Shown here: piece by piece, positions 24,620 through 38,084 of the stretch
Position numbering within the stretch: the stretch's first letter is position 1
Layout: each line of letters starts with the position of its first letter
DNA from: Camelus ferus
Lineage: Eukaryota
DNA: 64,000 nucleotides
NCBI RefSeq assembly: GCF_009834535.1
Contig: NC_045697.1
Coordinates: forward strand, 108,254,001 to 108,318,000
Direction of reading: 5' to 3'
Notes under the pieces: generated by a model
Seen by the model: the letters and a program-made list of their open reading frames with translations, nothing else
What the model was told of the DNA's origin: nothing
Database searches by the model: none
Program-made: the position numbers and the translations under genes

Positions 24620-24800
24620 GAGTGCTGTGGTTCTCCATGGGGCTGGTACTGCCCCCTCAGGGCCATTTGGAAATTTGGGGAGGGATGTTTTCTTGGTGGT
24701 CACGAGTAGATGGCTACTGGCATTGAGTGGACCACTGCCCAAGGCTGCTTTCACGGTAAAGAGCTGTCTGCCTCCTACAAAGCTCTGTCTGGCCCACTGG
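24620..24800. mobile_element. MER20B-like hAT-Charlie MITE
   Basis: 'tgccccctcagggccatttggaaatttgggg...ggctactggcattgagtgg'. Confidence 0.55.
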
Positions 24801-25061
24801 ATAACTATAGAGATGAACAATCTGCTTTCAATCATCTGCGCCTAGAAGCTTAACACAAGGTTTTGGGGCTTTGAGGGTTTTGATTTTGTTTACAGTTTAC
24901 CATACCCTTGATTGCCTAAGAAGGCCACTGCTGGGTACATCAAGGGAAGACTGCTCTTTATTTTATTTGGAACTTCATCAAAGGACAATTGCATCACTGA
25001 CAGTGATTCCACTTATTGTTATTTTTAAAACAATGTTTACCAAGCAACTACTTTATTCTAT

Positions 25062-25210
25062 TTGAGGGTGAGAGAAGGGAGGTAATTAGATTTATTCATT
25101 CATTCATTCATTCATTTATTCATTCATTCATTTATTGGAGTTAGTGGGGATTTATTCCAGGACCTCGTGCATGCTAAGTATGCGCTCTATCACTCAGCTA
25201 TACCTTCCCC
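25062..25210 (-). mobile_element. Vic-1-type SINE (long form) with internal (ATTC)n expansion
   Basis: 'ggacctcgtgcatgctaagtatgcgctctatcactcagctataccttcccc' and 'ggaggtaattag'. Confidence 0.88.
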
Positions 25211-25745
25211 CTTATAAGAGTTAATTTTGGACTTCATGGAGTTTATATTCTAGTTGGAGAGAGAGAAAAAAATGTTACATACTTTTAAAATTGAAGCACC
25301 CCCCCCCAACTCGTTTCTGAGACATCCACGTAACGTCCATCAGTCTTCATTTGTAGCTGGTGTGTTCATGGGGATTTCACACGGGTGCAAGCATTGAGCA
25401 CTTCCTCATGCCTAGCCATGTGGTCATTTGCGTGTTGAGATTTGTGTCATTTTATTGTGCGTGACCTTCCTTATATATTATATATTACATTCTATGTATA
25501 TGGCTATTTTTCTGGACTTGGGGAGAATGCTGATGAATCTGCACCTCTGGCTTGATTTTCCAGCCATTCTTGGTCAAGCACATCATCATCCTCAAGCGGT
25601 TTTTCTGACTGCCTCGGTGTCACCATTAGGCAAGATACTGATTTATTTGAAATCATGTATGTTTATAGGTTATAGAATCTATGAATTGCACTTCAGGAAG
25701 TTAAAAAGGCATAATAAGTCATTTCTAAAAGGCCTATCGTAGATC

Positions 25746-25822
25746 GGGGGAGGGTATATCTCAGTGGTAGAGCACATGCTTAGCATGCACAAGGTCAATC
25801 CCCAGTACTACTATTAAAAAAA
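25746..25822 (+). mobile_element. Vic-1-type SINE (short form, T-arm partly deleted)
   Basis: 'gggggagggtatatctcagtggtagagcacatgcttagcatgcacaaggtcaatccccagtact' followed by an A-run. Confidence 0.85.
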
Positions 25823-26469
25823 GGTGGGGGGGTCCATCATGTCTGATGAGTCAGAGAATCGCCTCTCAAGCACCCACAATGGAGGCTGTGTGTGCACAGC
25901 AAATGCCCGATAGAGGAGGGAAAGGGCGAAACAGGCAGGGGCAGCACCTGCCCCAATCACAGCCTGGCTTAATCACCACGTCGCACATGAGGCTGCCGTG
26001 CTCAGCGCGCAGCTGCGGGAAATCAGTCTGGCTGAGGGCACGCTTCCCTCTGAGTTGCTGGAGTCGACTTTGGCTTTGATTTACAAGAGCTGGCAATTGC
26101 ACTAAGTATATGACAGATCAACAGAAGTCTTTCCATTTGCGAAGCACCTGGGAGAACAGCCTAATAGGCCGACTGCACTATTGGCACTTCATGAATATGT
26201 AACAGAAGTACAATTTGATTGAAGTAGGAGATTCTGGCCTTTTTTTTTTTTTTTTTTTTTCCCTGAGTTTGGGGAGAAGGCTGATGAAATTCTCCTCTTC
26301 TGGCTTGATTTTCTAACCCTAGAGATGTTCCTGGTCAAACACATCATCATCATCATCACCACCATCACCAAGAACAATCTGGCTGAGGGTCTAATTACTA
26401 CTCACAGCAGCAGTGCAGACTGCTCATCCTGATGGTGCGAGGATGATCACTATGATTTTAAATCTCCAA

Positions 26470-28100
26470 CTCACTTTTTCACATTCAACAGATGTCTACT
26501 GACACCTACTCTGGGCCAGACTGTGCTGGGTATAACCAACAGGATGCAGTTGCGACCGTCATGGAATTCACAGATTTAGAAAGGAACAGATTTTAATAAA
26601 TAATTATGTAATCATGTGTCCATTTGTAGCTGATTGTATTTTTTTTAAAGCAGAAAAGGTCTTACTTGAATTCCTCATAGACCCCTGAACTTCTCATTTT
26701 ACTCCCAATTCTGCTTCTCCCCAAAAGTCCCAGTCTTAGTTATCAGGACTCCTGTCCAACCGATTCAAGTCAGAAAACTGAGTCATTGTAGCAATTCATT
26801 CTTTCTCTCTTCCCACCCCTGACACCAACTAATCACCAAGTACCGCTAATTTTATCTCCCAAATGTTTTTCTAAGGTGTTCCTTCCTCTTTGGGCCCACA
26901 TCTCTCTTTATCATCAGCCTGGACACTTGTCACAGCTCTGTGACACGTCTCCCTCAGGCCTTTAGTCTTGCCCGGGTATCAGTCAGGATTTGGGTACAGA
27001 GAACAGTATCCACTCCATCCAATCTGGGCAGAAGGTGATTTGCACGAGGGCAAGTGGCTTGCAGAATCATTAGAAAAGCTAATAAAATAGGCTGCCCTTT
27101 TGAAAATGGCTTTGGAGCTCCACCGCAGAACCTGGAGAGCAAGGGAACTACCACCTCTTTTACAATCAGGAAGTTGCTTTGCCAAATAGAGAAGCTTGTG
27201 CTTCAGCCGCCAGCTCCAGAACCACAGCTCTGCTGCCGTGATCAGGATGCCAGTGCGACCAGGCAGCCAAGGTGATTAGGAAACAGCCACAATCGGAATC
27301 AACTGTGATCGGGAAACCCCGACCCCTCCACGTTCGAGCTGTAGCATGACCAGCAGAGTTCCAGCCCCCGCCTGGCTTCTACCTCCCAGATCTTGGACAA
27401 ATACTTCTGACTGGGGACACCTAAGTCATATCCAGAATCCCAGCTGCAGTGGAGTCCTAGAAGTGTAGCTTGTAGCTTTTTAGCCACTCAGAAGTGCAGA
27501 GGGGGAGCCCCCCCCACCCCTAGAACAAGGCTGGAACAGATGAGTAACACCAATATATCCACCGCACTCCCTTAAAGTCACCAGAGCAATGCATCTGAAT
27601 GGAAATCTGACTATGTCGCCCCTCTGCTGAAACCCTTTCAATGGTTCTCCACTGCGCCTAAAATAAAGTCCAAGTTCCTTGGTCTGTCTTCCCCTCTTTT
27701 ATCATATCATAACAGCCATGCATACATGACTCTCTGATTGCACCAAGGGGCACTCTCTGTGCTCTCAGGGCCCCGTGTCTTTGTTCTTGCTGTCCCTCCA
27801 TCTGGAATGTACCTCTCCCTCTCCTGGCTAACTTTTACTCATCCCTCCAGACTCTACTCAGGCATACCAGGAAACCCTTCTTGAACTCCTGAGGCTCCAT
27901 GGTACTGCTGCAGCATCCTGGGCATGCCTGGATTTGGAAACTCTCTGCTCATATTTCTGCCATTGCCATTAGATACATGCTTTCTTGGGGCAGCAACAGA
28001 ATCTTACTCATTTTTGTCCTTTCAGTGTCTAGCACAGTGCCTGGCCCCCAAGTACATGCTAAGTAAAAATTTGTTCACCTGAAAGGAATGGTACTGAAGG
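26470..28100. mobile_element. L2 fragments interrupted by an old LTR-like piece (~26975-27560)
   Basis: L2 motifs 'cattcaacagatgtctactga', 'caccaactaatcaccaagt', 'cctctgctgaaaccctttcaatggttctccact' and 'tctagcacagtgcctggc'. Confidence 0.6.
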
Positions 28101-28129
28101 AAGCATGTAGTTGGCATGCAGGAAGGAAG

Positions 28130-28920
28130 TAGAAATCCTTCTCTGCATGCAGGAAGTTTATTGGGATTGCCCTGGGCATCAGTCTGCAGGGAGGTTGGTG
28201 TGTGTGTGTGTGTGTGAAGAAAGAAAGACTGGGCAGATGGAGACACTGGACTGTGATGTTAGACCTCAGTCAACCCCACAGTGAGCTTAAGAGCTAGAAG
28301 GTCCTTTAGAGTTGCCCCATCATGAAGCAAGAGGGTTGGGCCCTTAGATCCTCATGTCAACTAGTCATTGAGTGTGGGGTGAGGGTGTCACCTTGGGCTC
28401 AGCAGCTCCCTTCAGCTGAGGGCAATTCCTAGAAGGTGACTACATCATTCAAAGTTTGATCACAGACGATGAAGCCCTAGGATGGGTAAGTGGATAGAAA
28501 GATGGAGGGTTGGATTGAGAGATAATATAGATAGTATTTATAGCTGTTAAAATTAAGAAGAGGGAGCTAGAGAAGATATTTATTTATTTATTAAAGGGAG
28601 TTGACTTTATGCTATTGTGGGAACTTTTACACAGTTGGTGTAAGACTGTTGTTTCTGTCTGATGGTTGGAGCTGAAGTTCCAAAGATGGGCAATCAATAG
28701 AGAAGATGGAAGTGAAGTGAGGAAAGGAGGACAAACAGGAACCTGAGAGGAACCCATGTCACCCTCTCTATCCAAGCCATCATCTTCACTAATGGCTGTG
28801 GAAAGAAGCCAGGCGCCCTCCAGCACGGAGTTAAGAGCCATCAGCCACCAACCCTCCCAGCATCTGGGGACTGAGTGAGGGGACCTGGGCAGACAGCCCG
28901 GGCAGCTGCTCCAAACTGCC
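28130..28920. mobile_element. ERVL-type LTR remnants (LTR33/LTR16-like, then MLT2-like)
   Basis: 'ggaagtttattggga...gactgggcagatggagacactggactgtgatg' (similar to 53910-54350) and 'gatatttattt...ggagttgactttatgctattgtggg'. Confidence 0.45.
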
Positions 28921-31900
28921 AGAAAAAGAACATCACCCGGCAGGCACAGTATATTCCCCCTAGGGCCTCAGTGCCCACAGATGACAAAATCTAGGCTGGG
29001 AAGGAGGGTAAATCACAGTTAATACAAATCAAATGATTACATGAAAATTAAACTGTTTAACAAAAATCTTACATACATCCACACACTATGAAATTTGAGG
29101 TGGGAGGAGACAAAATAAGGAACATCCAAGAGCCAGAGAGAATTTTCAAGGTGTTCACAGGATTGAAGGTAACAGTGAGAGGGAGATCGAAGATGCAATA
29201 AGGACAAGGAAACAAGTTATAAAAAAATTGTATGATGTGTTGTTTTGCCGGGGGAATATGGAAAGTGGGGGTTGGAGGAGGAAAGTTTGGGAAACAATAA
29301 TTATTTGGAAACACCATATTCAGCCAGTTATTTGCACATTTCTAGGGGAGTTCTGAGAAATCTATTCGCTCTTCTTTTCTTCCAGCCCTTCCTACCCCTT
29401 GGCCATTGTCTTAGACAGAGATGGCACAGTGTTGCTCCTTCTCACTCCTTGCCCACAGCAGACATTACTCACCAATCTTTCCTGATGCACCCAAATAAGA
29501 CTTCAGAGTCCTTCTTAGCAGAGGTTTCCAGATAGTCATACTAATCGACTGGATGGAACTTAGCAGTCATCTCTGTCCATAATCCATTCTATTCATTTAT
29601 ATGTCACTTATGATTTCCCCTGAAAAGTCTGTCTCTCACACCATCTTTACTTGCTCTCACAGAGTTAGAAATCCAGGGTCTAATCTCTGTTCTGGATTTC
29701 TGGCCTTAATATTAGGAGGTGGAGTGAAAGAATTAGAGGCTTTCAATCTTGTTACTCCAGCTACTTCTCCGTAGCACAGTCCTGCTTATCAGGGACCCAG
29801 ATTTAGGACCCAGGACAAGGACTAGTGAGAACAAAGCCAAGTGTGAGGGGGAGAAGCCCATCGGACATTTTCTGAATAGAAATTGTTCTTGAGAAGCAGG
29901 CATTGAAAACAAATTGGAGGAAAGGAAAAATAAAATATTTATGTATAACAAAACAACAGAGAAACTTCTGTTTTCATCAATAATAATTCTGGGGAAGATA
30001 CATTTAGAGGTGTCCCTTGCTTTCAGCCATGGAGAGATATGAATTGAATTTTTAACTTCAACCTGCTGCCTTCGGTGATCATTTCAGAAACCTTGATCTC
30101 TGGTTTATTAGCTTAATATTTTAACAATACATTAATAGTGCATTCCCTTGGCCTTATTCCCCAATTAATTTTCTGTTAAGCAAGAGTTTAAATGTTAAGG
30201 AATCTCTTTGTAAGGCAAATGACTCTTTTGTAGCGTAAATAACACCCTCAGTCTATCTAATATTGATAGTACCTGCTGTTATAATAGAAAGTTGTATTTT
30301 TCAAAGCACTGTCACACGTAAATGTATCTGATCATCCGAAGGACTCTGTAGGGTAAGTGTAGGGCCACTGTGGCCCCCACTCACTAAGGAAGAAACAGGA
30401 AGTGTGTCGTGTAAGTGCTTTGTTCAGCTGAGTTCACATGGCCAGTTACTGGGGTGGTGGGGAGGAAGATATATTTGGCTCTGACACTGAACTTCCTGGG
30501 TTCGAGTCCTGCTCCTGCCTACTGCTCACAGTGCCCTCACAGGAAAGATCCTTAACCCCATCATGCCCCAGGGGTCCTCATCTGCAAAGTGGGGAGAATA
30601 GCTTATACCTCATGTGGTTCGGATGAGGACTGGCTGGAACCATCTCTGCTCCACACAGAGCCCGCAGGGCGTGTCATCTGCTGAGCAGTCCCAGCCCACA
30701 GGCTGAGCTGCCTTCCCTTCTAGAGCCCTGAGGACTTCAGGACGCCCCAGACCACAGCTCTAAAGTCCTGTCATGCTCCACAGGACCGGCCGACCCATCA
30801 CCCTAACAGTCTTTAGCAAGTCGAGTGAGTTTTCCCCAGCAATTCTGCCAAGTGGCATGGCCCAATCCTGCCTCAGCTCTACAAAATCGATCTAAAGTGA
30901 CTTCATGGGGGTGACCAACCAGGAGGAGCCATCATTTCTAATGGGCAAGAAAACAGAGACCCAGAGAAAGTGGGCCCCATGTCGCCTGTGTGTGCTGAGT
31001 CAGTGACAAAGTTGGTCAGGACTGAGCTGTCCCTGGGCTCTGCTCGGGGCTAGGAGTCGTTCATCTGAACCCCACCCCAACTCCGCACACCTCTGCCCTC
31101 ACACCCAGACCCCTCAGACAAGCGTGGGCCCAGAATTCCAAGCTGGAATCCCCAGCACCTCACCTTGCTCTGACTTGCCCCAGACAGAAAGCTGTGACAG
31201 AGTCCCCAGAACTCCCTGTCACAGAAATTCCTCCATCCACGAGGAACAGGTGGCAGTGGGGGGAATGGAAGAGAGGGGAACACCCTCCCACAAACGCTCC
31301 TAAACCCTATCTGATAATGAAAACAGGAAACACAGTCGTGGTGAGACACTGCAGTTGGACTTCCGGGAGCTGAATGTGATCCTGGCAAAGGCAGATTGGG
31401 TGGGTGGTCTCATCCTACTTGGACCCAATCATAAAAGCAATCACACGTGGCCACTGAGCTGGAATTTTCTAGAGTCCCACGGCCTGCAAAATTTCAAGCA
31501 GTTCTGCTCCAAGTCTCCCTCTGTCTCTCCCTCTCTCTCTCTCCCTCAGCTTCACCTTCTGCAGTGGGTCAACCACCTCTTTCAGTGGCTAAATGAGGAA
31601 AGTCCTCCCTGAGCACTGGCCCCCAGCTGAGCAGCCCTGGATCCGGGCAGCGGTCCTCCCTGACCCTCTCTAGCACAGGGACCTGTGGTCCGTGTGGTTG
31701 GGGCAGAATCATCACAGACAGTTGATGATACAGCCAGCCAGCACATCTCAGGGCCCCTGCATGTTCAGACCAGACTGTTGGGCTGAATAAACAGAAACAG
31801 GAAACTTGCCATTTTCAACCTCATCATATGAAAATTTCACCTTCCTTAGGCAATTTCGGCTGGGCAGAAACAGCCACCCTGAAGTCGCCCTCTCCTGCTC

Positions 31901-32179
31901 TCACTCCTCTGGAGGCAGTGCTCGCCCTAGCCAGAGATCTGAGGGCACATTTTCAGTGCTCAAGGATGTCCCTTAAGCCTGCACATGATATATGGGACCT
32001 GACCCCGGTGACCACTCAGCTCCCCCCCGGCTCCTTCACCCCACTCTTATTAATCAGTGATTCAGGATTAAGATTCTGGTTAGAAAGGATGTTAAGCCAA
32101 GTGGCCAGTGTATCAAAGTAATCCCCAGGCTTCAGTGGCGAATAAAAAGCATCCTCCACGGAGGTCTTGAAAAAGGCAG

Positions 32180-32760
32180 GCTCCGGATGTGATCTGCAGT
32201 ACAAGCCCTGCCGGGACATCTCTCAGCTGAGCGTATTGTGGGCGATTTGTGAAAAATAAGGGGAAAACAAAGCCCAGGACAGCTCCGGAATTGTCTCCGT
32301 TTTGTTAACCAAGACGAGATAAGCAAAACATTCTCTCTATAAAAATCAATTAATTTTTTTTCCTGGCTAATTCGTTTAGCCTTGTTTATCGCGGAGGCTG
32401 AGACATCAAATCTCAGTGGGTGGTGCTCCCCAGCCGGCGCGATGTTGTTGCACAACGAGGAAACAAGCCTCCCGAACAAGGTCACCCACCAGTCACGTGG
32501 CGCCGCCAGGAATACATCTCCTTGCGAAACGGAGCCTGAGCAGAGCGGCTCCGCGGAGTCACCCCTCCTTGCAGGTGCCTGGGCGCTGGGAGCTCACGGC
32601 TCACCTTCGCAGGGAGCTTCCCTCCCGCAGGGTCTGCTCTCTGCTCTTCCATCTTTCCTCCCTGCCTAGCTGCAAAGGAGGAGGAGACCTCTCCATCCAT
32701 CACCCGCCTTGCTTTTAATAAAGGATTTTTGCAATTGAAAAGCTAGAGTCTGTCCCTAGA
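32180..32760. promoter_or_regulatory. Repeat-free, CpG-enriched, motif-dense candidate enhancer/promoter
   Basis: AGATAA 32317, TATAAAAA 32338, TTGCACAA 32448, CAAGGTCA 32477, CACGTG 32494. Confidence 0.45.
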
Positions 32761-33039
32761 ATGTTCTGAGAATTCTGTAGCACAGAATCTTTGCCCAGGG
32801 CAGCCGGAATGTTAAAGACAGTAGTTAATTAAGTCTCGGAACACTCTCATCACTGTCTATTTCCTCTCCCGGCCAAGAGACTAAAGAATAAGATGCATCC
32901 AGTCAAGGCCAAAGGAAGAGACAGTGGGGAACGAAATAAGCTCCGATCCTAGTATTCAAAGCCTTAAGTCTTCTTGGAAAAGGCTGGATTCCAGATTTAG
33001 GTAACTGGGAGTGGGGCTGCCATGGGGTGGAGGGAACTG

Positions 33040-33200
33040 TATTCTTCACTCAGTTCAGAAGACCTGCAAACACACCGGGCTCTGCCCTTTCCTAGCTATG
33101 TGGCTTTGGGCAAGTATCCCAGTTTCTCTGAGCCTCAGTTTCTGCATCAGAAGATGCAGCTCTTAATACCTGCCGCAGAGGGCTGCTGAAAGCGCCACCT
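33040..33200 (+). mobile_element. MIR SINE
   Basis: 'cctagctatgtggctttgggcaagtatcccagtttctctgagcctcagtttctgcatc'. Confidence 0.8.
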
Positions 33201-35704
33201 ACAGGGATGTACACGGAGGTTTAGAGCGACAGAAATGTTTGCTCCCACTGAGCCACATGGGCCTCAGAGAGGCAGGTGGCTTGCTGGGGCTTCCTTCACA
33301 TTTCCTGGGGACAGCTAGGAAGTCAACTGAAAACTTCAGACCACGCCAGAGCTGAAGGTCTCACCTTTAGAAGGGGTATGTGGCTAACTTTCGGTCCTTT
33401 CCAGAAACTCTATGCATTTAAAATAATAATAATAATAATAATTTTCTAAGATGAATTCATGCAAGTTTCTAAATGTGTTCCTCAACACTCAGATTTTCAA
33501 AGCCTCATTTCTAAAGCTGATCTCTCTCCCTGGAGTAAGCTGAGCACGCTGACGTGTCTCCTTTCGCGGCTTGGACGCGCCTGCGCGGAGCCGCTCCATG
33601 CGATGCCATCCTCAGCTTGCACAGTCTGCTCGTGATTGTGAGCCTGTGACAGAGCGGGCTTTCCAGGCATGCTAAATGAGAAGTGTGCAATTTAGGCGAA
33701 GCATTCACATGTTTGAATGAAGGACGGGATCTGTCGAAGCTGCCGCCGCGGACGACAGGAAATTGATGTCCCTGTTGCTATTTACTTAGCAGAAATTAGT
33801 TCTCCAAGACCAGCCTTAGTGAAAGGGACAGGAGGGCATGTGGTTGGAGGAAGAAACCAAATTCTCTTTGAGTTTCCTCTTGCCATTTGCCCTCCCCAGG
33901 TGCATCCCTTCTGGTAGGTTGCTTCATGGGTCTTTGCTGGAGATGCTTGGTAAATCTGATCCAAACTCCAATGTGGAGCATAAAGCTGCAGAAGCATTGA
34001 CATTGCAGGTCGAGGGACACCCAGCAGAGAGCCAGATCTCTCACCGGAATCTGAGCTCTGAGAATAGCATAAACATACCTTAAGCAGAAGGCTTAGTGGG
34101 GAGAGGCAGCCTGTGGCTACCGGTGGGGCTTGTCCAGTTTGCTTATATTAGGGCATTTGTCCCAGTCACACTTGGCAGAGAGGGAAGTGGAGACACTGGG
34201 GCTGGAGGAAGGCCCTTGGCACAGTCCAGCAACCCACTGCTTCTCACATACCCCACCCTGGGACACAGGAGGGCCCAATGGCCCAGTGAGACTTTGGGGT
34301 CCCGCCTGGAGACTAACCTGCTGAGCCCAAATGCATCAAGGATAAGGCAGGGCTGGCGGGCTCCTGGTTGAGACCTCTCTATCCACCACCAGTGAGGCAG
34401 TGAAGCAGACATGCTTTGCCACAGTTATCAAGCTTAAAAGGCTGTACCACTCCTCTCTGTGTCAACAGCAAAAGAACGTTCAGCCATCAGTCCTGGCCTC
34501 GTGCTTTCCCTGGGCTCTAGATCCCTTTGCGCTGCCCTTTTTGATGGTGACTGTTTTTACATCTGTCCCTCCTGTACCAGAAATAAGTACTCCACACAAG
34601 CAGACCCTTATGAAAAAAGTGACCGCAATAAATCTTGTGCTATCATTCAGTCATCACACCCCCGGGGTATATTTTCATTCTGAAATAGGTCTTGGCTTTT
34701 GGTGCTGGTGGATAGTGGACAGGAGCAGGGGGTGGTGCTGTTGAGGTTGTTCATAGGCCCCTTTGGGAATCTGATGATGCCAACTGCAGAGAAATGAACA
34801 CATGTGCTAAAATTTGTGTATGATTTCAGGGGGCTTACACGTTCCTTGAACTTTGATTAAGAACTCCTACTTCAGTTGTTTTCAAACTTAGGGAGATGCC
34901 TAGATCTCTGTCACCTGTCTTTCAACCAGGAGGACATCTGTACAACATTTTCGTAAAGCTGGTGATGAGCCACACACACAAGTGCCATCACTTGGTCAGG
35001 GCAAATGGTCTCTCTGATGCTTGGCTTTGGCTATTTAGGGAAACATGCTTTAACTGGTAATAGGAGCCTCATCTGTAAATGAATGGATCTAGACCATGGA
35101 GGTGTGTGTGTGCGCGTGTGTGTATGGAGGTACCAAGATTTAAAAAAAAAAAAAAAAATCACTCCTCTCACCCATTAGATAACAATGCAATCTGATGGAA
35201 ATTAGCTTTTCTTTTGATTTAGGGCTTTAAAAATAAAAATACAAACTGTACTTTCACCAACTACTTCTTAAAAGCTCTCCCGATGGTTTTATGCCACCAT
35301 TCAGCGTCCTCCACTTTCACACATGCTGTTGAACACCTACTATAGGGTGGTGCCTTTTCCTTGAAGGTTAGTTCACAAGTGAGCTACAGAAAAACATTTA
35401 TGAAATACTTAAAGGGACTGCAATCCCTGATTTAGCGGAAACGACTGCCTAGTGATTTTTCACCTGCCCCTACGCTATTAGAGATACAGGGATTCAGCAA
35501 TTTCAGTTAGTTGTCTCTAGATTCAGAATTCACCGAGGTAAGCGGACTGCAGGGCTCATGGCCCCATTCTGGGGCAGCTAAGTTCAAGCTGGGCTCTCAG
35601 AGAGAGAAAGCTGAGAAAGAATAAGCAGATCTGTAGATAGAAGCAGAGGCACAGTGCCAGGTGGACAGAGAGGAGGAGAGAGCAGCCTCAGCGCCGATGA
35701 TCAT

Positions 35705-36780
35705 CCCAGCAGATTCTCAGCAAAGATGTCAGCAAGTCCTCCCACCTTGTGCGCATGTGTCACCCTCCCCTTCAGGAGTTGGGGTCTCTTTGCCTTCCCT
35801 TTGAAGTCCAACTGGCCCTCTGACTCGCTTTGACCTGTAACATGCATTGAGAGGGATGCTCTTTGACTTCCAGGACAGGCCTTCAGAGGCCTTGCTGTTT
35901 CTGTTTCCATCCCCTGGGAAGCAAATCACCATGTAAAGATGTGTGGGTGAAGTTACTGAGTGATAAAAGACCATAAAATTTGGTTTGTGAAGGGGAACTG
36001 AAGGGCCCCAGACATGTGTGTGAGGCTGTGTGGGATCCCAGCCCCAGTCCAGCCACCCCACCTGATTCCAAGAGAAGGGAGAGCCTGGCCACACTAGCCT
36101 GCCCGTGTTTGAGACATTCCAGCTGAAGCCTCAGACGTCGTAGAACAGAGACAGACCATCCATCTAAGCCCTGACCCACAAAGTCGTGAAAAAATAAAGT
36201 GACCATTGTTTTACCTTATGCGAGGTTTGGGGGTAATTTGTGGTTCAGCAGGAGATAACTGCTACCTAATATTTCTTCCTCTTTTTTTCTTCACCAGCAG
36301 ATATCAGATTGTACTCTAGGTAGCAATATGTCTACTTAAAGAAAAAAAATAGCTTCCTCATCTTTCTTTCAGCTGACCTTTCTTTCAAGTGACCATGTGA
36401 CTACATTCTGGCCAGCAAGAAGTCATTGGATGGAAACTCTAGGAGAGCTTTCCAAAAGGTTACATGTGTTTGATACTCCTTTTCACTTTAAACCTTCTGC
36501 CCCATTATCCCTCCTTCTTCTTTCAGACTGGGACACAAACACGATGCTTGGCTGGCCAGCAGCTACTTTGCAACCATGAGGACAAAAATCCCATCTCTCC
36601 ATTCCTAATGATGTGATGACGGCCTCCTTTTGAAATTATTTCATGAGAAAAATAGCCTTTTAATTGTTTAAGGCAATATTACTGGTCTTTTTATTTGTTG
36701 TCATTGTTTTGCTGGTTTGTTGTTGTTTTCTTCATTTGTTTGTTCTGGTTACTCACATCAAATCCGTTTATAACTTTCTA
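35705..36780 (+). mobile_element. Tandem old MaLR LTRs (MLT1H-L-like)
   Basis: 'cgtgaaaaaataaagtgaccattgtttta...gaggtttggggg taatttgtggttcagcaggagataactg' and 'gtgaccatgtgactacattctggccagc...cagctactttgcaaccatgagg'. Confidence 0.55.
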
Positions 36781-38084
36781 GTTACAAATTCCAGGGTTTC
36801 ATGAGACCCAGCTGCATTTCTGCCCTTGCATTCTGTGAGATACCTCTGTATTAAATTTTTGTCTTCACCTAGCTTGAGTAGGTTAGTGTTACCAGCCGTG
36901 AAGCAAGCCCTTGCCAAGACAAGGGTGCTTGAGTTGATGGTACCAAGGAAAAGTTTTGCAAAGATTCCTTACACTGAAGATAAAGCCAGAGACCAATTTT
37001 TCAGTAGCAGAAGGGATTAGGGCAATGACCTACCCAGGTCATGAGCCACTGGAAAGGTTTCCTTCCTGGGTGGTCATGGAGCAAGGAGGGAGGCAGCTGC
37101 CTTAGGGGCTGATGAGTTAGGTGTGGCCCTCCCTGGAGGCAGGGGCATCAAAGAGCTCATCTCAGATGTGACATGCAGAGCCTTTGTGTAAGCAAACAGG
37201 CAGGACAAGCAAAGCATTAAAGGCAGACCTTGGCCTTCTGTCTGCACTCTGGTGAGGCTTTGAAGGAGAACTCATCAGCTAAAGGGAGCACCGGTTCTGG
37301 TCCTACTTTTTCACATTCCGTGTCCTCAGGCTTCAGTGCTCTGCTCAACGGCGGAGAATGGAATCAGCCCATGGACATTTGTTAGTTCTGGTTTCCAGGG
37401 AGCACCTTCTCCGTAAAATCCGTCAATGTCTCCTTTGCTCTCTCCTGCCTTACTGAAGCTGCAGTCTAAGATTTTTAGATCTGATGGCTCTTGTCACCTG
37501 CAGGGAGGTTGATCCTGGCTCAGACTGTGTCAACTCTGCTGCAGAAAACACAGAGACTCTGCGGGTCCAGGTCTGTTTTGGGAGATTCCCGGGTGACACC
37601 AATTCAGGCCTCCTCCATGGTTAGGGGCGGCCTTTCTAGAATCCAGGGCCAACTTCTATCCTGAGAAGCCGGTGTACCCCAAGTTGCTGCTTCTCCCGTG
37701 GTGAAAGGACACTCTTTTCTGCTGTTCTCCTTCAAGATCTTTCCAGTTTAGAAAAGGCTTCCAAGAAAGATGTGCATTCATTTCCTTCACAGAACAGTGG
37801 AAAGCCTCCTTGTTTTACACAACCACAAAGTTCCTACCAACAGAACTGTCGATATTTAAAAGTCATCTCAACGGCAGCAGAAATTTTTAACTTCTTTGTT
37901 ATTTGGGGAGGGGAGGGGAGGGAGGGGGAAAGATGAGAAAGAGTTGATCGTTCTTTTTCAAATGCCTTATGTGAAAGCATTTTCTGAAAGATGTTGGTTT
38001 GTTGCTATTCAGCATTTGACCCCAAAGAGAAAATTACATTCTGATGGAAAACTAGAATTTCATTTCTGAGCACGAAATTGTAGA

